DNA of 64,000 bases from Scyliorhinus canicula (GCF_902713615.1 NC_052169.1:17628439-17692438); one strand, 5' to 3'. Shown: positions 37,044 through 50,970, counted from the stretch's first letter. The notes: a model not told the origin generated them from the sequence alone. A program made the numbers and translations.

Positions 37044-37736
37044 GTAATCGATTTACACCCTCGGGTCATGGTTCAGTGTGTAGCACTCCGGCCTTTGAGT
37101 CAGAAGACTGTGGGCTCGAGTTGCGCTTCCCGAGCAGAAAATCTGGGCCAGCGCTCAGGGGAGTTATCCCCAGTGTCCTGACTTACCCCTGAACTAAAAC
37201 CACTCAAACAGATTTCTATCTGTGGGAGCTTGCTTTGCGTAAATTGGCTGCCGGGTTTTCAAGCATTCCAATGTGCTGACACTGACAGAAAATGCTTAAT
37301 CGGTGGTTAAAAACCCTTCCCTGAAGCCATGAAAGGCTCCAGATAAATGTCTCATCTTTGAAAGCAATAAAATAATTGGACAAGAATCCAGTTGATTCCT
37401 TTCCTGTTATGTTTTCTCGCCTGTGTAAGTGGCAGGATTGCAGCAGGAGATAAATCCTCGGCCTTCTATTATTTATGGTACCTTGGCTACAAATAATGAA
37501 GCAAGGTTAAAGAAAGGGTGACTCATTTCAAGCTAGTTAGTCACCATGTAATGGTGCCTGTAGCAATGTGATGCGGCACATACTTTATGTGAGATATTAA
37601 ATAGCTTTTAAAGGATAAAATAATTGCTGCTCCCATGTTCCACTGTAAAGCTCTGCGTGCTCGAACGAAATGCGAATATCTTAGATGCTGTTTTTTATGG
37701 AAAGATGTAACTGTGAGTGAAGTCTTTTGTTTTCAG

Positions 37737-37802
37737 TTTGCATGAATACATCATATCGGAGGGCCATGCTGGAAATATTTCCAAAAATCAAAGTATTAGA
37801 TG
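37737..37802 (+). CDS. LRRC61: LRRC61-like exon 6 (VCMNTSYRRAMLEIFPKIKVLD)
   Basis: TTTCAG/GTGAGT boundaries; LRRcap motif YR....FP.IKVLDG. Confidence 0.92.
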
Positions 37803-38499
37803 GTGAGTAATGAAGCCACTGGATTACCAGCTAAATGTTTTTGCTTTATCTAAGGTATTCATTTTGGACTTGCAATGAAACAGCTTTATTGATCTTCACA
37901 GGGATTGGGCCTCCCGTTATTTAGCACGCACAGATATAGGGCCGCTGAACTTAAATTCAGAAAGGCAGATTAAATTGTTAAGGACGCAACTGGTGAAGTG
38001 TCCAGAGCCAACTCCTTTCTCCCCACATCAGCCTGTCCGTGACTATGTGAGTGACTCTTATTGCCCCCTGAAGGGAATCAGCCACATTCCAGGCCAAAAG
38101 GAGAATGATTCAAGGATTCTTTTCTTTAGAGTGGTCATTTTCAAGTCCTCGGTGCCCTCTTGTCATTCCCTGATCTGTTAAGAGCATGAAGAAGTCATTT
38201 GTTTCCAGGTTGCTCCCAGGGGTACAGCTGTAGACTCTCTCTCTCTCCCCTCCCCCCCCCCCCCCCCCCCCCCCCTCCGCTCATTGTCCCTCTCCTCCCA
38301 GGGTAAGAGAGAGCTGCCTGCTCTCTGCACTGCAACCTGGTTGCTGAGAGTCTGCATCCCAACATCGTGAGCTGGGATTCCAGTGAATTCATTGAAAATA
38401 AATCCTTGTTTAGTGAGATGTACTTACTGTGTACTGACCCTACTGTGGGGCTCAAGGGCTCCGTTGAGTACCCCCCCCCCCCCCCCCCCACACAGCTGT

Positions 38500-39520
38500 C
38501 TCTCCGCCTAGACCACCCCAGCTAAAGCCGGCACTGGGTAAGCCTGATACTCTGGGATAGAGGGGCAAACCTCAGTTATAACTTGTGTTTTCAAGCCCTC
38601 AACAGAGGAACAGGAGGATGAAACTGACAGGGGCACATCAACGGAAGAGAAGGCAATAAAGGCCACAGTGGGATTGCCACTCTGTGAACCACCCTGGCTT
38701 GCCATGCCATTGTGTAAAGATTGCCAACCCATCAGTATTGTGTGGTTGTCGGCTGCACATGGCTTCCTCGCGTTGAAAGATGACACTGACAGGCCTCTAT
38801 TCGAGACACTGAAACGCCCTGAGGCGATGGACGAATGGCTTCAGGCTGTGAATCTGGAGATCTCTCGGCACAGATCCGTGTGTAGACGGTGAATTCCTGA
38901 TGGTCGCTGAGCCCTTGGTTTCAGACAGAAGTGACCCCCTGGCAGCAGGACCCACCGAACAGACCTTTCTGGGGCCCCCTCTGCTCCCCTTGCTCGAGGA
39001 AAGGGTGTCCCAAACATGGGCGGTCCCAAACTGCTCTGACCGATAAAACTACACCCAGTGGGATCCTCACCCGTGTGGTCGAAAAGACGATAAAACACGT
39101 GAATTTCTGTTTGTGGTACGTGCGCACATTTATGGATAATCAAAACAGTGAATGCTCTGCAAATGCCATCGTTTCTCGGATGCTTACACAATATAATGCT
39201 GACATCTGTGATGCCCAAGTCTCTGCAGAAGGCGAACAGTGTGAACCTACCTTTACCTTTGATTGAACCTGTAAAGGGGCTGGTTTAGTTCAATTGTCTG
39301 GACAGCTGGTTTCATGATGCAGAGCGAGGCCAACAGCGCGGGTTCAATTCCCGTATCGGCTGAGGTTATTAACCTTCTCAACCTTGGCACTTGCCTGACG
39401 TGTGCTAATCCTCAGTTATATCACCAGCAGTCACCTCTCCCTCTCAAAGGAGAGAGCATCTGGGATTATGGCGACTTTACCTTTTACCTAAAGTCAGGGA
39501 GTGATTATTTTTCTCTACAG
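38500..39520 (+). mobile_element. RTE-clade LINE 5' fragment (UTR plus endonuclease start), with a SINE at ~39276-39485
   Basis: NFCLWYVRTFMDNQNSE..AIVSRMLTQYNADI resembles RTE WNVRTLMD...IVARELxRYNIDI. Confidence 0.6.
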
Positions 39521-39788
39521 TAATCGCACAGAAAGCAAATGAAACAGAAAAGCTCCATCTTAAATCAGAGAGCCATTTGTGATCAAACTTCTCATTCCTC
39601 TCTGTGCCGTCGCAGTCATCAGTTGTTACGGTGCTGTTCAGAGCTACGTCTTTCTATTCTTGATCTAAAATAATTCAAGCTGTGTATTGAATTATTTTGT
39701 TTCTTCCCATTTAATTAAAAATTAAAGTATCGGGATACTCGGCAACTGTGGTTTGGAAAGTGCAGCTTCTCTTCTGTTTTGTCCGCAG

Positions 39789-39857
39789 GGGAGAGGATGT
39801 CAGGCAGTGGTAGAGATTTGTACCAGGTCTGCAAAGATATGGATTCTTCTCTGAAAG
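39789..39857 (+). CDS. LRRC61: LRRC61-like exon 7 (GERMSGSGRDLYQVCKDMDSSLK)
   Basis: CAG/GTTTGG boundaries; resembles LRRC61 GERVxGxGxxxYQLCRDLDSSL. Confidence 0.9.
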
Positions 39858-40060
39858 GTTTGGTGCCTTTTCGTTATAATATTGTTGCGATGTGTAAATG
39901 AACGGGCGTTTCCCTGGAGGTGCTCGCAGAGACATTGACCAAACTCGGAAGTGTGTTTTGACGCTGGTGTGCTGAGTGGGGTTCCCGTCGTCCCAGTCAA
40001 GTTTATATCTCCAGTGGCCCTGCTGTCAGGTCACACTTATTCCACGTTTTCAGAAGTGTG

Positions 40061-40566
40061 GGGCGGGATTCTCCGAGCCTCCGTGCCGAAATCGCGCTCG
40101 GCGCGGGGGCGTAGTATGGGCGTCAGACGCGCAATCGGGTCCGACGCCGCTCCCGCGATTCTCCAGACAGGAGAATCGGCGCCAATCACGCGCAGTCAAC
40201 ACGGCGGCAGTCGGGGGCCAGTGAAAGAGGCTCACGCGGCGATTCTCCGCCGGCAACCGGCCGAGTTCCCACCGGCATGGTTCCACCCGGCAGGCACTCG
40301 GAGTGGCGGCTGCGGGCTGAATGGGGGGGCGGGGTGATCCATCAGCCGGGGGGGGTGGGAGCTCCAGGACGGCCAGGCACGCGATCGGGGACACCAATCG
40401 ACAACCGTGCGCGATCTCGGCTTATACCCTCGGGGCTGGCCCGCTGTGTGGGTTCGCTATGTTGCGCGGGGCTGCTGTGCGCATGAGTGGATCTCCGGCC
40501 CGGAAATGCATTGCCCCGTATCAGCAGCCGGAGCTGCGAGGACTACTCCGGGGCCCTGCTAGCCCA
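40061..40566. mobile_element. GC-rich MITE truncated by CR1
   Basis: Starts GGGCGGGATTCTCC. Confidence 0.72.
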
Positions 40567-40569
40567 TTC

Positions 40570-41730
40570 AGGATTTCAGTAAGGCGTTTGATAAGGTTCC
40601 CCATGGTCGGCTCATGAAGAAAGTAAGGAGGTGTGGGATAGAGGGAAATTTGGCCAATTGGATAAGTAACTGCCTATCACATAGAAGACAGAGGGTGGTG
40701 GTGGATGGAAAATTTTCAGACTGGAGACCAGTTACCAGCGGTGTACCACAGGGATCAGTGCTGGGTCCTCTGCCATTTGTGATTTTTATCAATGACTTGG
40801 AGGAGGGGGCTGAAGGGTGGGTCAGTTAATTTGCTGATGACACCAAGATTGGTGGAGTAGTGGATGAGGTGGAGGGCTGTTGTAGGCTGCAAAGAGACAT
40901 TGATAGGATGCAGAACTGGGCCGAAAAATGGCAGATGGAGTTTAACCCTGATAAGCGCGAGGTCATTCATTTTGGTAGGACAAATTTGAATGCGGAATAC
41001 AGGGTCAACGGCAGGGTTCTGAGGAATGTGGAGGAACAGAGATCTTGGGGTTCATGTCCACAGATCTCTGAAGGTTGCCACTCAAGTGGATAGAGCCGTG
41101 AAGAAGGCCTATAGTGTGTTAACGTTTATTAACAGGGGGCTTGAGTTCAAGAGCCGCGGGGTTATGCTGCAGCTGTCCAGGACTCTGGTGAGACCGCATT
41201 CGGAGTATTGTGTGCAGTTCTGGTCACCTCACTATAGAAGGGATGTGGAAGCATTGAAAAGGGTGCAAAGGAGATTTACCAGGATGCTGCCTGGTTTGGG
41301 GGTAGGTCTTGTGAGGAAAGGTTGAGGGAGCTAGGGCTTTTCTCATTGGAGCGAAGGAGAATGAGAGGCGACTTAATAGAGGTTTATAAGATGATGAGGG
41401 GGATAGATAGAGTGGACGTTCAGAGACTATTTCCTTGGGTGGATATAGCTGTTACAAGGGGGCATAACTATCAGGTTCAGGGTGGGAGATATAGGAGGGA
41501 TGTCCGAGGTAGGTTCTTTACTCAGAGAGTGGTTAGGGTGTGGAATGGACTGCCTGCTGTGATAGTGGAGTCGGACACTTTAGGAACTTTCAAGTGGTTA
41601 TTGTATAAGCACATGGAGCACACCAGAATGACAGGGAGTGGGATAGCTTGATCATGGTTTCGGACAAAGCTCAGTACAACATCGAGGGCCGAAGGGCCGG
41701 TTCTGTGCTGTACTGTTCTATGTTCTATGT
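40570..41730 (+). mobile_element. CR1 RT plus 3' UTR
   Basis: [26 protein letters not shown], tail (TTCTATG)n; followed by an inverted CR1 tail at 41735-41950. Confidence 0.92.
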
Positions 41731-42059
41731 TAACACTATAGCACAGTACAGGCCCTTCAGCCCACGATGTTGGGTCGACCATTCATCCTAATCTAAGATC
41801 AACCTAACCTGCACCCCTTCAATTTACTGCTGTCCATGTGCCTGTCTAAGAGTTGCTTAAATGTCCCTAATGACTCTGACTCCACCACCTCTGCTGGCAG
41901 TGCATTCCACGCGCCCACCACTCTCTGTGTAAAGAACCGACCTCTGACCAGAGAATTCCGCCCATGATTTTTGTTTCGTGATTAAAACAGCATCATCGGC
42001 CACCGAAGAAACTTTTTGTTTTAATCCTTGACAGGATAAATGACTGTTTCTGGCCTTTT

Positions 42060-42505
42060 TCCTTTTTTTTTGGAGTTTTCCCAATTAAGAGGCAATTTTT
42101 TTTTTTTTTTATAAATTTAGAGTGCCCAATTATTTTTTTCCAATTAGGGGGCAATTTAGCATGGCCAATCCACCTACCCTACACATCTTTTGGGTTGTGG
42201 GGGTGAAACCCACGCAGACACGGGGAGAATGTGCAAACTCCACACGGACAGTGACCCGGGGCCGGGATTCGAACCCGGGTCCTCAGCGCCGTAGGCAGCA
42301 ATGCTAACCACTGTGCCACCGTTCTGCCCATTAAGAGGCAATTTAGCGTGGCCAATCCACCTGCTCTGCACATCTTTGGGTTGTGGGGGTGAGACCCACG
42401 TAGACACGGGGAGAACGTGCAAACTCCACACGGACAGTGACCCGGGGCCAGGATCAAACCCGGGTCCTCCGCGCCATGAGGCAGCAGTGCTAACCACCAT
42501 GCCGC
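42060..42505 (-). mobile_element. V-SINE nested in a V-SINE of the same subfamily
   Basis: 15-bp TSD ATTAAGAGGCAATTT at 42084-42098 and 42330-42344. Confidence 0.88.
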
Positions 42506-42724
42506 TCTCTCTGATATCATCCCAACCAATATTTAGATTTTTTGTTTCTCATTTTCCACAATTCCAAATTTCCACTTCTATGGCATTCCCAGCAAGTCAA
42601 CAAACGGGCGTTTAAATTACGTCAGGAATGCTATTAATAAAGTGTGAAGGGAAATGTGTGTAACGTTTGCAGGAAGCCGTTGCACCATGCGAGGCTGTCT
42701 AATTAATCAACTTGATCGGCAAAA

Positions 42725-42967
42725 CTTTTTTTTAATAAATAATTTTTATTGCAATTTTTACAAAATATAAACATCTTAATTTTGTTAACATACAACCGCG
42801 GTAACCCCCCATGAGCAGTACCCAGCTTCAAGAGCAACTTCAAACAACAGGAAAGAACAAAAACAAAGAAAAAGAAAGAAGAGAAAAACAAAAGAGGAAA
42901 AAAAAAGAGAGAGAGATAGCACCTTCCACAAACCCATGTGCACAGTTCTCCCTCCCCCCAATCCTTA
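42725..42967 (-). mobile_element. Short L1-like 3' UTR fragment
   Basis: T-tract plus TTTATT; approximate TSD CGGCAAAACTT / CGGCAAGACCTT. Confidence 0.55.
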
Positions 42968-43751
42968 CGGCAAGACCTTCTTACAGAGTGATACAGCACC
43001 GATGGTGGCCTTCGGCTCATCAGGTGTGTGCTTTGCTTGCAACTTTCTATAGTCTGTTCCCAGGTAGTTATTGTGCAGTACGCTCATATTTTGGCCTTGT
43101 TTTTGTGACGCTGTTGTCTATCATTCCAAATCTAACTGAGCATCGGCTGTTTTTTGTTAGACTTAATTGCTTGTTCTGGTGCTTATGAAATTGAGGGCAA
43201 ATTTCCTGGGCTTGCTATCCTCCTCACAATCCTCTGTTGGTCGTGTTTTTGGGCAGGTTTTCTCCAGTGTTATTGATTCTGCTCCTTCGCCTGCACTGAC
43301 AACACTTTCAGTGTTTTGACAACACTGCAGAAGCAGCACTGCACCAAATCACACTGAGACACTTAGAATATTCCAATACTGCACCAAAACACACCAGGAC
43401 ATTGATAATCCACCAATACTGACCAAAACACAGACGCTTACAATCCTCCAATAATAATCTTTTTAATCACAAGTAGGCTTACATTAACATTGCAATGAAG
43501 TTAATGTGAAAATCCCCCAGTCACCACATTCTGGCACCTGCACACTGAGGGAGAATTCAGAAAGTCCAAATTACATAACAAGCACGTCTTGTGGGACTTG
43601 TGGGAGGAAACCGGAGCACTCGGAGGAAACCCACAGAGACATAGGGAGAACATGCAGACTCCGCACAGAGAGTGACCCAAGCCGGGAATTGAACCTTGGG
43701 CCCTGGCGCTGTAAAGCAACAGTGCTCCCACTGTGCTGCCCAATACAGCAG

Positions 43752-45168
43752 CAAAACACACCGAGACACACACACCCCTCAAATACTGCACCAAAACACA
43801 CCGAGACACTTACACCCCTCCAATACTGCACCAAAACACACTGAGATATTTACACCCCTCCAATACTGCGCCAAAACACACCGAGACACGTACACCCCTC
43901 CAACACTGCACCAAAACACACCGAGACACGTACACCCCTCCAACACTGCACCAAAACACACCGAGACACGTACACCCCTCCAATACTGCACCAAAACACA
44001 CCGAGACACGTACACCCCTCCAACACTGCACCAAAACACACCGAGACACACACACCCCTCCAATACTGCGACAAAACACACCGAGACACTTACACCCCTC
44101 CAATACTGCGACAAAACACACCGAGACACACACACCCCTCCAATACTGCACCAAAACACACCGAGACACACACACCCCTCCAATACTGCACCAAAACACA
44201 CCGAGACACGTACACCCCTCCAACACTGCACCAAAACAAACCGAGACACACACACCCCTCTAATACTGCACCAAAACACACCGAGACACGTACACCCCTC
44301 CAATACTGCGACAAAACACACCGAGACACTTACACCCCTCCAATATGGCACCAAAACACACCGAGACACACACACCCCTCCAATACTGCACCAAAACACA
44401 CCGAGACACAAACACCCCTCCAATACTGCACCAAAACACACCGAGACACACACACCCCTCCAATATGGCACCAAAACACACCGAGACACTTACACCCCTC
44501 CAATACTGCACCAAAACACACCGAGACACGTACACCCCTCCAATACTGCACCAAAACACACCGAGACACACACACCCCTCCAATACTGCACCAAAACACA
44601 CCGAGACACGTACACCCCTCCAATATGGCACCAAAACACACCGAGACACGTACACCCCTCCAACACTGCACCAAAACACACCGAGACACACACACCCCTC
44701 CAATACTGCACCAAAACACACCGAGACACACACACCCCTCCAATACTGCGACAAAACACACCGAGACACATACACCCCTCCAATACTGCACCAAAACACA
44801 CCGAGATACATACACTCCTCCAATACTGCACCAAAACACACCAAGACACATACACCCCTCCAATACTGCACCAAAACACACCGAGACACACACACCCCTC
44901 CAATATGGCACCAAAACACACCAAGACACATAAACCCCTCCAATACTGCACCAAAACACACCGAGACACACACACCCCTCCAATACTGCACCAAAACACA
45001 CCGAGACACGTACACCCCTCCAACACTGCACCAAAACACACCGAGACACGTACACCCCTCCAATACTGCACCAAAACACATCGAGACACACACACCCCTC
45101 CAATATGGCACCAAAACACACCGAGACACACACACCCCTCCAATACTGCACCAAAACACACCGAGACA
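43752..45168. repeat. 40-bp minisatellite, ~35 copies, indel-free
   Basis: CCGAGACACGTACACCCCTCCAATACTGCACCAAAACACA in exact register. Confidence 0.97.
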
Positions 45169-48107
45169 TTCCGCGCGCACGCCGCCCCCACCCCCCTCCC
45201 CCACGATTGCTGCTGTTGCTGACATTTTAATTTTCCTCAAGAAATTCGACGAACGGCTGCCACCTTCGAGCGAACCCTAGCGCTGACCCTCTTAAGGCCA
45301 ACTTTATTTCCTCGAGGCTGAGAAACCCAGCCATGACGTTAACGCAAGTCTCTACACTCGGGGGCTTCGAGTCCCTCCACATTAATAAAATCCGTCTCCG
45401 GGCTACTAGGGAGGCAAAGGCCAAGACGTCCGCCTATTTTGCCCCCTGAACTCCCGGGTATTCCGACACTCCAAAGATCGCGATCTCTAGACTCGGCACC
45501 ACCCGTGTGTTAAGCACCTTGGACATTGCCCTCACGAACTCTTGCCAGAACACTCTAAAAGCTCCGGGCATGCCCAAAACATATGGACATGGTTTGCAGG
45601 GCTGCCCTTGCACCTCATACAACTGTCTTCTATACCAAAAAACTTGCTCATTCTCGCTGCCGTCATGTGTGCCCAGTGGACCACCTTAAATTGAATTAGA
45701 CTGAGCCTGGCACATGATGAGGAGGAATTAACCCTGCCCAGGACCTCTGCCCACAGACCCGCTTCCAACTCCTCACCTAAGCTCCTCCTCCCACTTGCCC
45801 TTGAGCTCCTCCACCGGGGTTTCCTCCACCTCCTGTAGATATGCGAAGCCCTCCCCTCCCCCACCCAGGTGCCGGAGACCACCCTGTCCTGTACCCTCAG
45901 TGGTGGCAGCTTCGGAAAGGCTACTACCTGTTTTTTCAGGAAGGCTCGTACTTGCAGATATTTAAAGACGTTTCCTGGCAGCAGATTAAATTTGTCCTCT
46001 AGCGCCTGGGTAAGCTTCCTTTTATGAACAGATCTCCCATCCTTCTGAGGCCTGCCCTCTGCCAGCTCTGGAACCCACCATCCATCCTACCCGGGACAAA
46101 CCTGTGGTTGTTGCATATCGGGGTCCAGACCGACGCTCCTTCCACCTTCTTGTACCTCCTCCATTGTCCCTAGATCCGCAGTGTCGCCACCACAACCACT
46201 GGACTTTTGGAATAACGGGTCGGCGAGAACGGCAAAGGAGCCGTTTTCAAAGCCCCCAGACTAGTATCTTTACATGACTCCGCCACCAGCTGTTCCCACG
46301 CCTTTTAAAGTCCCCTTCCATTTGCTCCACCAACCGGGTCAGGTTGAGCCTGTGCAGGGCATCCCATTTCCTGGCCACCTGTATACCCAGGTAACAAAAA
46401 CTTTTCTCTACCATCCTGAGCTGCAGCTCTTTCAGTCTCTCCTCCTGCCCCTTGACCTGGATCACTCGCTCTTTCCCATGTTCAGTTTGTACACTGAAAA
46501 ACTACCAAAATCCCTCAGGATCCGCGGAACCTCCCCCATCCCCTCCACAGGGTCCAAAATGTACAGGAGCCATAGCTAGTGGTTCTATAGCTAGGGCAAA
46601 TAGTAACGGGGAGAGGGGACACCCCTGCCTCGTTCCCCAGTGAAGTTCGAAGTACCCCAACCTCAGCCGGTTTGTACATACGCTTGCTACAGGCGCCTGG
46701 TACAGCAATTTCACCCAGCCAATAAAGCCCTCACCAAACCCGAACCTTCCCAGCGTTTCCCACAGGTACTCCCACTCCACCCGGTCAAAGGCTTTCTCTG
46801 CGTCCATCGCTGTTACCACCTCCACCTCCCCTCCCTCTGAGGGCATCATAATAATATTCAAAAGTCTCCGGACATTGATATTAAGTTGTCTGCCTTTAAC
46901 AAACCCAGTCTGGTCTTCCTCCATCACCCCTGGGACGCAATCCTCAATTCTTGTGGCCAGAATCTTAGCTAGCAATTTGGCATCCACGTTTAAAAGCGAA
47001 ATCAGCCTGTATGACCCGCAATGTTCCAGGTCCTTCCCTCGTTTAAGAACGAGTGAGATTAAAGCCTGTGACATTGTTGGGGGGAGGGTTCCTTTCTCTC
47101 TAGCCTCATTGAAGGTCCTCATCAGGAGTGGGCTTAATATTTCCAAAAATTTCTTATAGAATTCTACCTGGTAACCGTCCGGCCCCAGGGCTTTACCCGA
47201 CTGCATGCCCTCTGTACCCTTGACAATCTCCCCCAATTCAATCAGTGCCCCCAGCCCCTCCACCAAGTCCTCTTCCTCCTTTGCAAACCTCAACTGGTCC
47301 AAAAATTGCCTCACCCCTTCAGCTCCCGTCGGGGGCTCCGACTCGTATAGTTTACTGTAGAATTCTTAAAAGACTCCGTTCAACCCCCCTGGATCCAAGA
47401 CCGTGTTACCCTCCTTATTCTTTACGCCCCCGATTTCCCTGGCCGCCTCCCTCTTTTGCAGTAGGTGTGCCAGCATTCTACTCGCTTTCTCCCCGTACTC
47501 ATAGACTGCCCCCCTTGCCTTCCTCAGCTGTGCTACTGTTTTCCCCGTGGTCAGCAGTTCAAACTCCGCCTGCAGACTCCGCCGCTCCCTCAGTAGCCCC
47601 GCCTCGGGGGGCCTCCGCGTATCTCCTGTCCACTCTGAGTATCTCCTCCGCCAGTCTCTCCCTCTCCACTCTTTCTCTCTTTCCCCTATGGGATCGAATT
47701 GAGATGATTTCCCCTTTGACAACTGCCTTCAGAGCCTCCCAGACCGTTGCCGCTGCTACCTCACCCGTATCGTTTGTTTCCAGGTAATCCTGGATGTTCC
47801 TGCTAATCCGCCCGCAAACCTCTTTGTCCGCCAGCAGCCCCACATTCAGTCTTCAGAGTGGGCGCTGCCCTCTCTCCTCACTAAGCCGCAGGTCCACCCA
47901 GTGCGGGGCATGGTCCGAGACTGTGATTGCTGAGTATTCTGTCCCCGCCACCTTTGGGATTAACGCCCTGCTCAACCCCATGATCAGGTGGTGTGACTAT
48001 AAATCCGGGATTTTGCCTAGCATGCGCCTCATAAATTCCACATCATCCCAATTCGGAGCATAGACGTTCACAAACACCACCAGGATCCCCTCCCACTTTC
48101 CACTACA
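45169..48107 (-). mobile_element. 5'-truncated, degenerate L1 (ORF2 endonuclease to C-terminus)
   Basis: ORF pieces homologous to the full-length copy (YEYGEKASR, DAEKAFD, QGCPLSP). Confidence 0.92.
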
Positions 48108-48594
48108 ATAGCCAAAGTCAATCGCACAAGAGGGATTTTGGGAGAACGGCTGGAACTAGTTTTGAAGGAGGCACAATACAAACAGGTAGATGTGCGAACT
48201 GTAGTTATCTATGTAACTGTGAAAAATCTTCAACCTACTCTTAAACCCCCTCAGTTCCATTTCTTGAGAAAAGAGCATAACTGTGGTGTGAATACAATAT
48301 AGGAATTTATAATGGAAATATAAAACTGATAAAAATGATGACTGAATTATGTCTGCACATTCTGCTACACTTGCCCTCCAACCTGTAACCCTGTTTCACC
48401 TGAATACTATATCTGGGTTGTGACTCTTTCTTTATTCATTCGTGTCAGCATTTATTGCCCAACTCTAAGTGCCCTTGAGAAAGGTGGTGATGAGCTGCCT
48501 TCCAGAGAATCAGTGCAGAAGGAGACCAAACTTTCCATCAAGCCTGCACTGATCCTCCGATAAAGCAATCCACTTAGGCCCACTCCCCCACCCT

Positions 48595-49245
48595 GGCCGG
48601 GATTCTCCAAAACTGGGGCTATGTCCTCCATGCCTGCCAGAAAACGGGCGCGAATCATTCCAGACTTTTTACAAAGTCAGGAGTGTTTATCCGATGTCAA
48701 GAGGGAGAGCAGGGTCCCGGCATGGTCCCGCAGCTCCTGCTGCCGATACGGGGCCCTGCACTAATGACCGTGGGTCCACGCGGCAGCCATTTTCGCGCAG
48801 GCCCCCGCGCAACATGGCGGAGCCACACAGCGGGCCGGCGCAAAAGAAGATAGCCCCCCCCCCCCGGATCAAGCGCGCCAGCCGATCGGTAGCCCCCGAT
48901 TACGGGCCTGGTCATCGTGGAGGCCGCTCCTGGAGTCTGCCCCCCCCCCCCCCCCCCCCCCCCCCCAACCAGGAACGGCCACTGCAGCCGAGACGGCGAG
49001 CTCCCGCTGGGTGAAACCATACGGGAACCACGCCGGCGGAACTCGGCGGGGACCCAGCCAGACGACCAAGGAGAATCACCACGGGGGCCTCCTTTCAACG
49101 GCCCCCGACCGGTACTGCGTCGACCGCGCACGCACAGCTGACGGGCGATTCTCCAGTCGCCAGAGAATCGCGTCCCGGCGTCGGACCCGATCGCGGGTCT
49201 GCCGACCCATTCCCCTCCCCTGCGCCAAGCACGATTCTCTCCGCA
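48595..49245. mobile_element. GC-rich MITE inside a SINE
   Basis: Starts GGCCGGGATTCTCC; reverse-complement similar to 40061-40566. Confidence 0.72.
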
Positions 49246-50451
49246 ACCCCATGCATTGATCATGGCCAACCCACCTAACCTGCACACCTTTAGACCGTGG
49301 GAGCAAGCCGGAGCACCCAGAGAAATCCCACGTGGACACGGGGAGAATATGAAAACTCCACACAGTTACCCAAGGCCGGAATCGAACCTGGGTCCCTGGT
49401 GCTGTAAGGCACCAGTGCTTACCACTGTGCTAGCCTTCCTGAACTGCTGCAGCCCATGTAGTGCAGGAACACCCACAGTACGGCTAGGAAGGGAATTCCA
49501 GGATTTTGACCCAGCTACAGTGATATAGGGCTAATACATGTTGGTGTGTCGCTTGGACGGAACTTGCAAGCGGTGGTGTTGCCCTTGTCCCTCTAGGCGA
49601 TAAAGGCTGCAGGTTTGGACGGATTACGAAGGTTCTTTAGGAGAGTTGTTGCAGTGGGTCTTGTAGATGGTACACTCTGCTGCTACTGTGTGCCGCCGGT
49701 GGTGGGGTGGGTGGGGGGGGGGGGGGGGGGGGGGGGGTGAATATTTGAGCAATTCCATAGGATTAACCACATAAAATGATATAATACACCAAAATAATTA
49801 GCATGACTCGCTGTGGCTCAGTGAGTGGCAGCGCCCTCATTTCTGAGTCACAACATCGGCAAGTGTTTCAATCATCAGATCCAGGCTGACGCTTCAGCGC
49901 AGTGTTGGGTGCCCTCGAGCCCCATCTGCCCACGCAAGCGGTGTTAAAAATCTCACGTCGCCATCTAAGGAAGAGCAGGATCGATTTACCTGGTCCCAGG
50001 GCCAATATTAATCCCTCAACCAGCATCGCTAAAACTGGTCATTATCGCAACTGGCTGTTTGTGGTAGTTTACAGTGCGCACATTGACTGCTGTGTTTCCG
50101 TGGGGTGGGACTGTGGTTAGCACTGCTGCCTCACATCTCCAAGGACCCGGGTTCAATTCCGGCCTCGGGTCACTGTCTGTGTGGAGTTTGCACGTTCTCC
50201 CCATGTTTGCATAGGTTTCCTCCGGGTGCTCCGGTTTCCTCACGCGGTCTAAAGATGTGCAGGTTAGGTGGATTGGCCATGATAAATTGCCCCTTAGTGT
50301 CCAAAATTTTAAGTGGGGTTACTGGGTTACGGGGATAGGGTTGAGGTGTGGGCTTAAGTAGGGTGCTCTTTCCAAGGGCCGGTGCAGGCTCGATGGGTCA
50401 AATGGCCTCCTTCTGCACTGTAAATTCTGCACTATAAATCCTATGTTCTAT

Positions 50452-50940
50452 CACACAAAAGACACAGGAGCAGAATTAGGCTATTCGGCCCATCGAATCT
50501 GCTCCGCCAATCAACCAACCATGGCTGATATTTTTCTCATCCCCATTCTCCTGCCTTTTCCCCATAACCCCTGATCCCCTTATTAATCAAGAACCTACCT
50601 AGCTCTGTCTTAACGACACTCAGTGATTTGGCCTCCACAGCCTTCTGCGGCAAAGAGTTCCACAGATTCACCACCCTCTGGCTGAAGAAATTCCTCCTCA
50701 TCTCTGTTTTAAAGGATTGTCCCTTCAGTCTGAGATGGTGTCCTCTGGTTCTAGTTTTTCCTACAAGTGGAAACATCCTCTCCACGTCCACTCTATCCAG
50801 GCCTCGCAGTATCCTGTAAGTTTCAATAAGGTCCCCCCTCATCCTTCTAAACTCCAACGAATACAGACCCAGAGTCCTCAACCGTTCCTCATCCAAGTTC
50901 TTAATTCCAGGGATCATTCTTGTGAACTTCCTCTGGACCC
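50452..50940 (-). mobile_element. CR1 3' fragment
   Basis: LGLYSLEFRRMRGDLIETY...RRNFFSQRVV. Confidence 0.88.
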
Positions 50941-50970
50941 CACACGGTGTGGACTTGTTTGGGACATGAG

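Noticed and set aside
43696-45280. CRISPR-like array or long repetitive ORFs
   Set aside because: Contiguous 40-bp units with no unique spacers, no cas genes, and a vertebrate context
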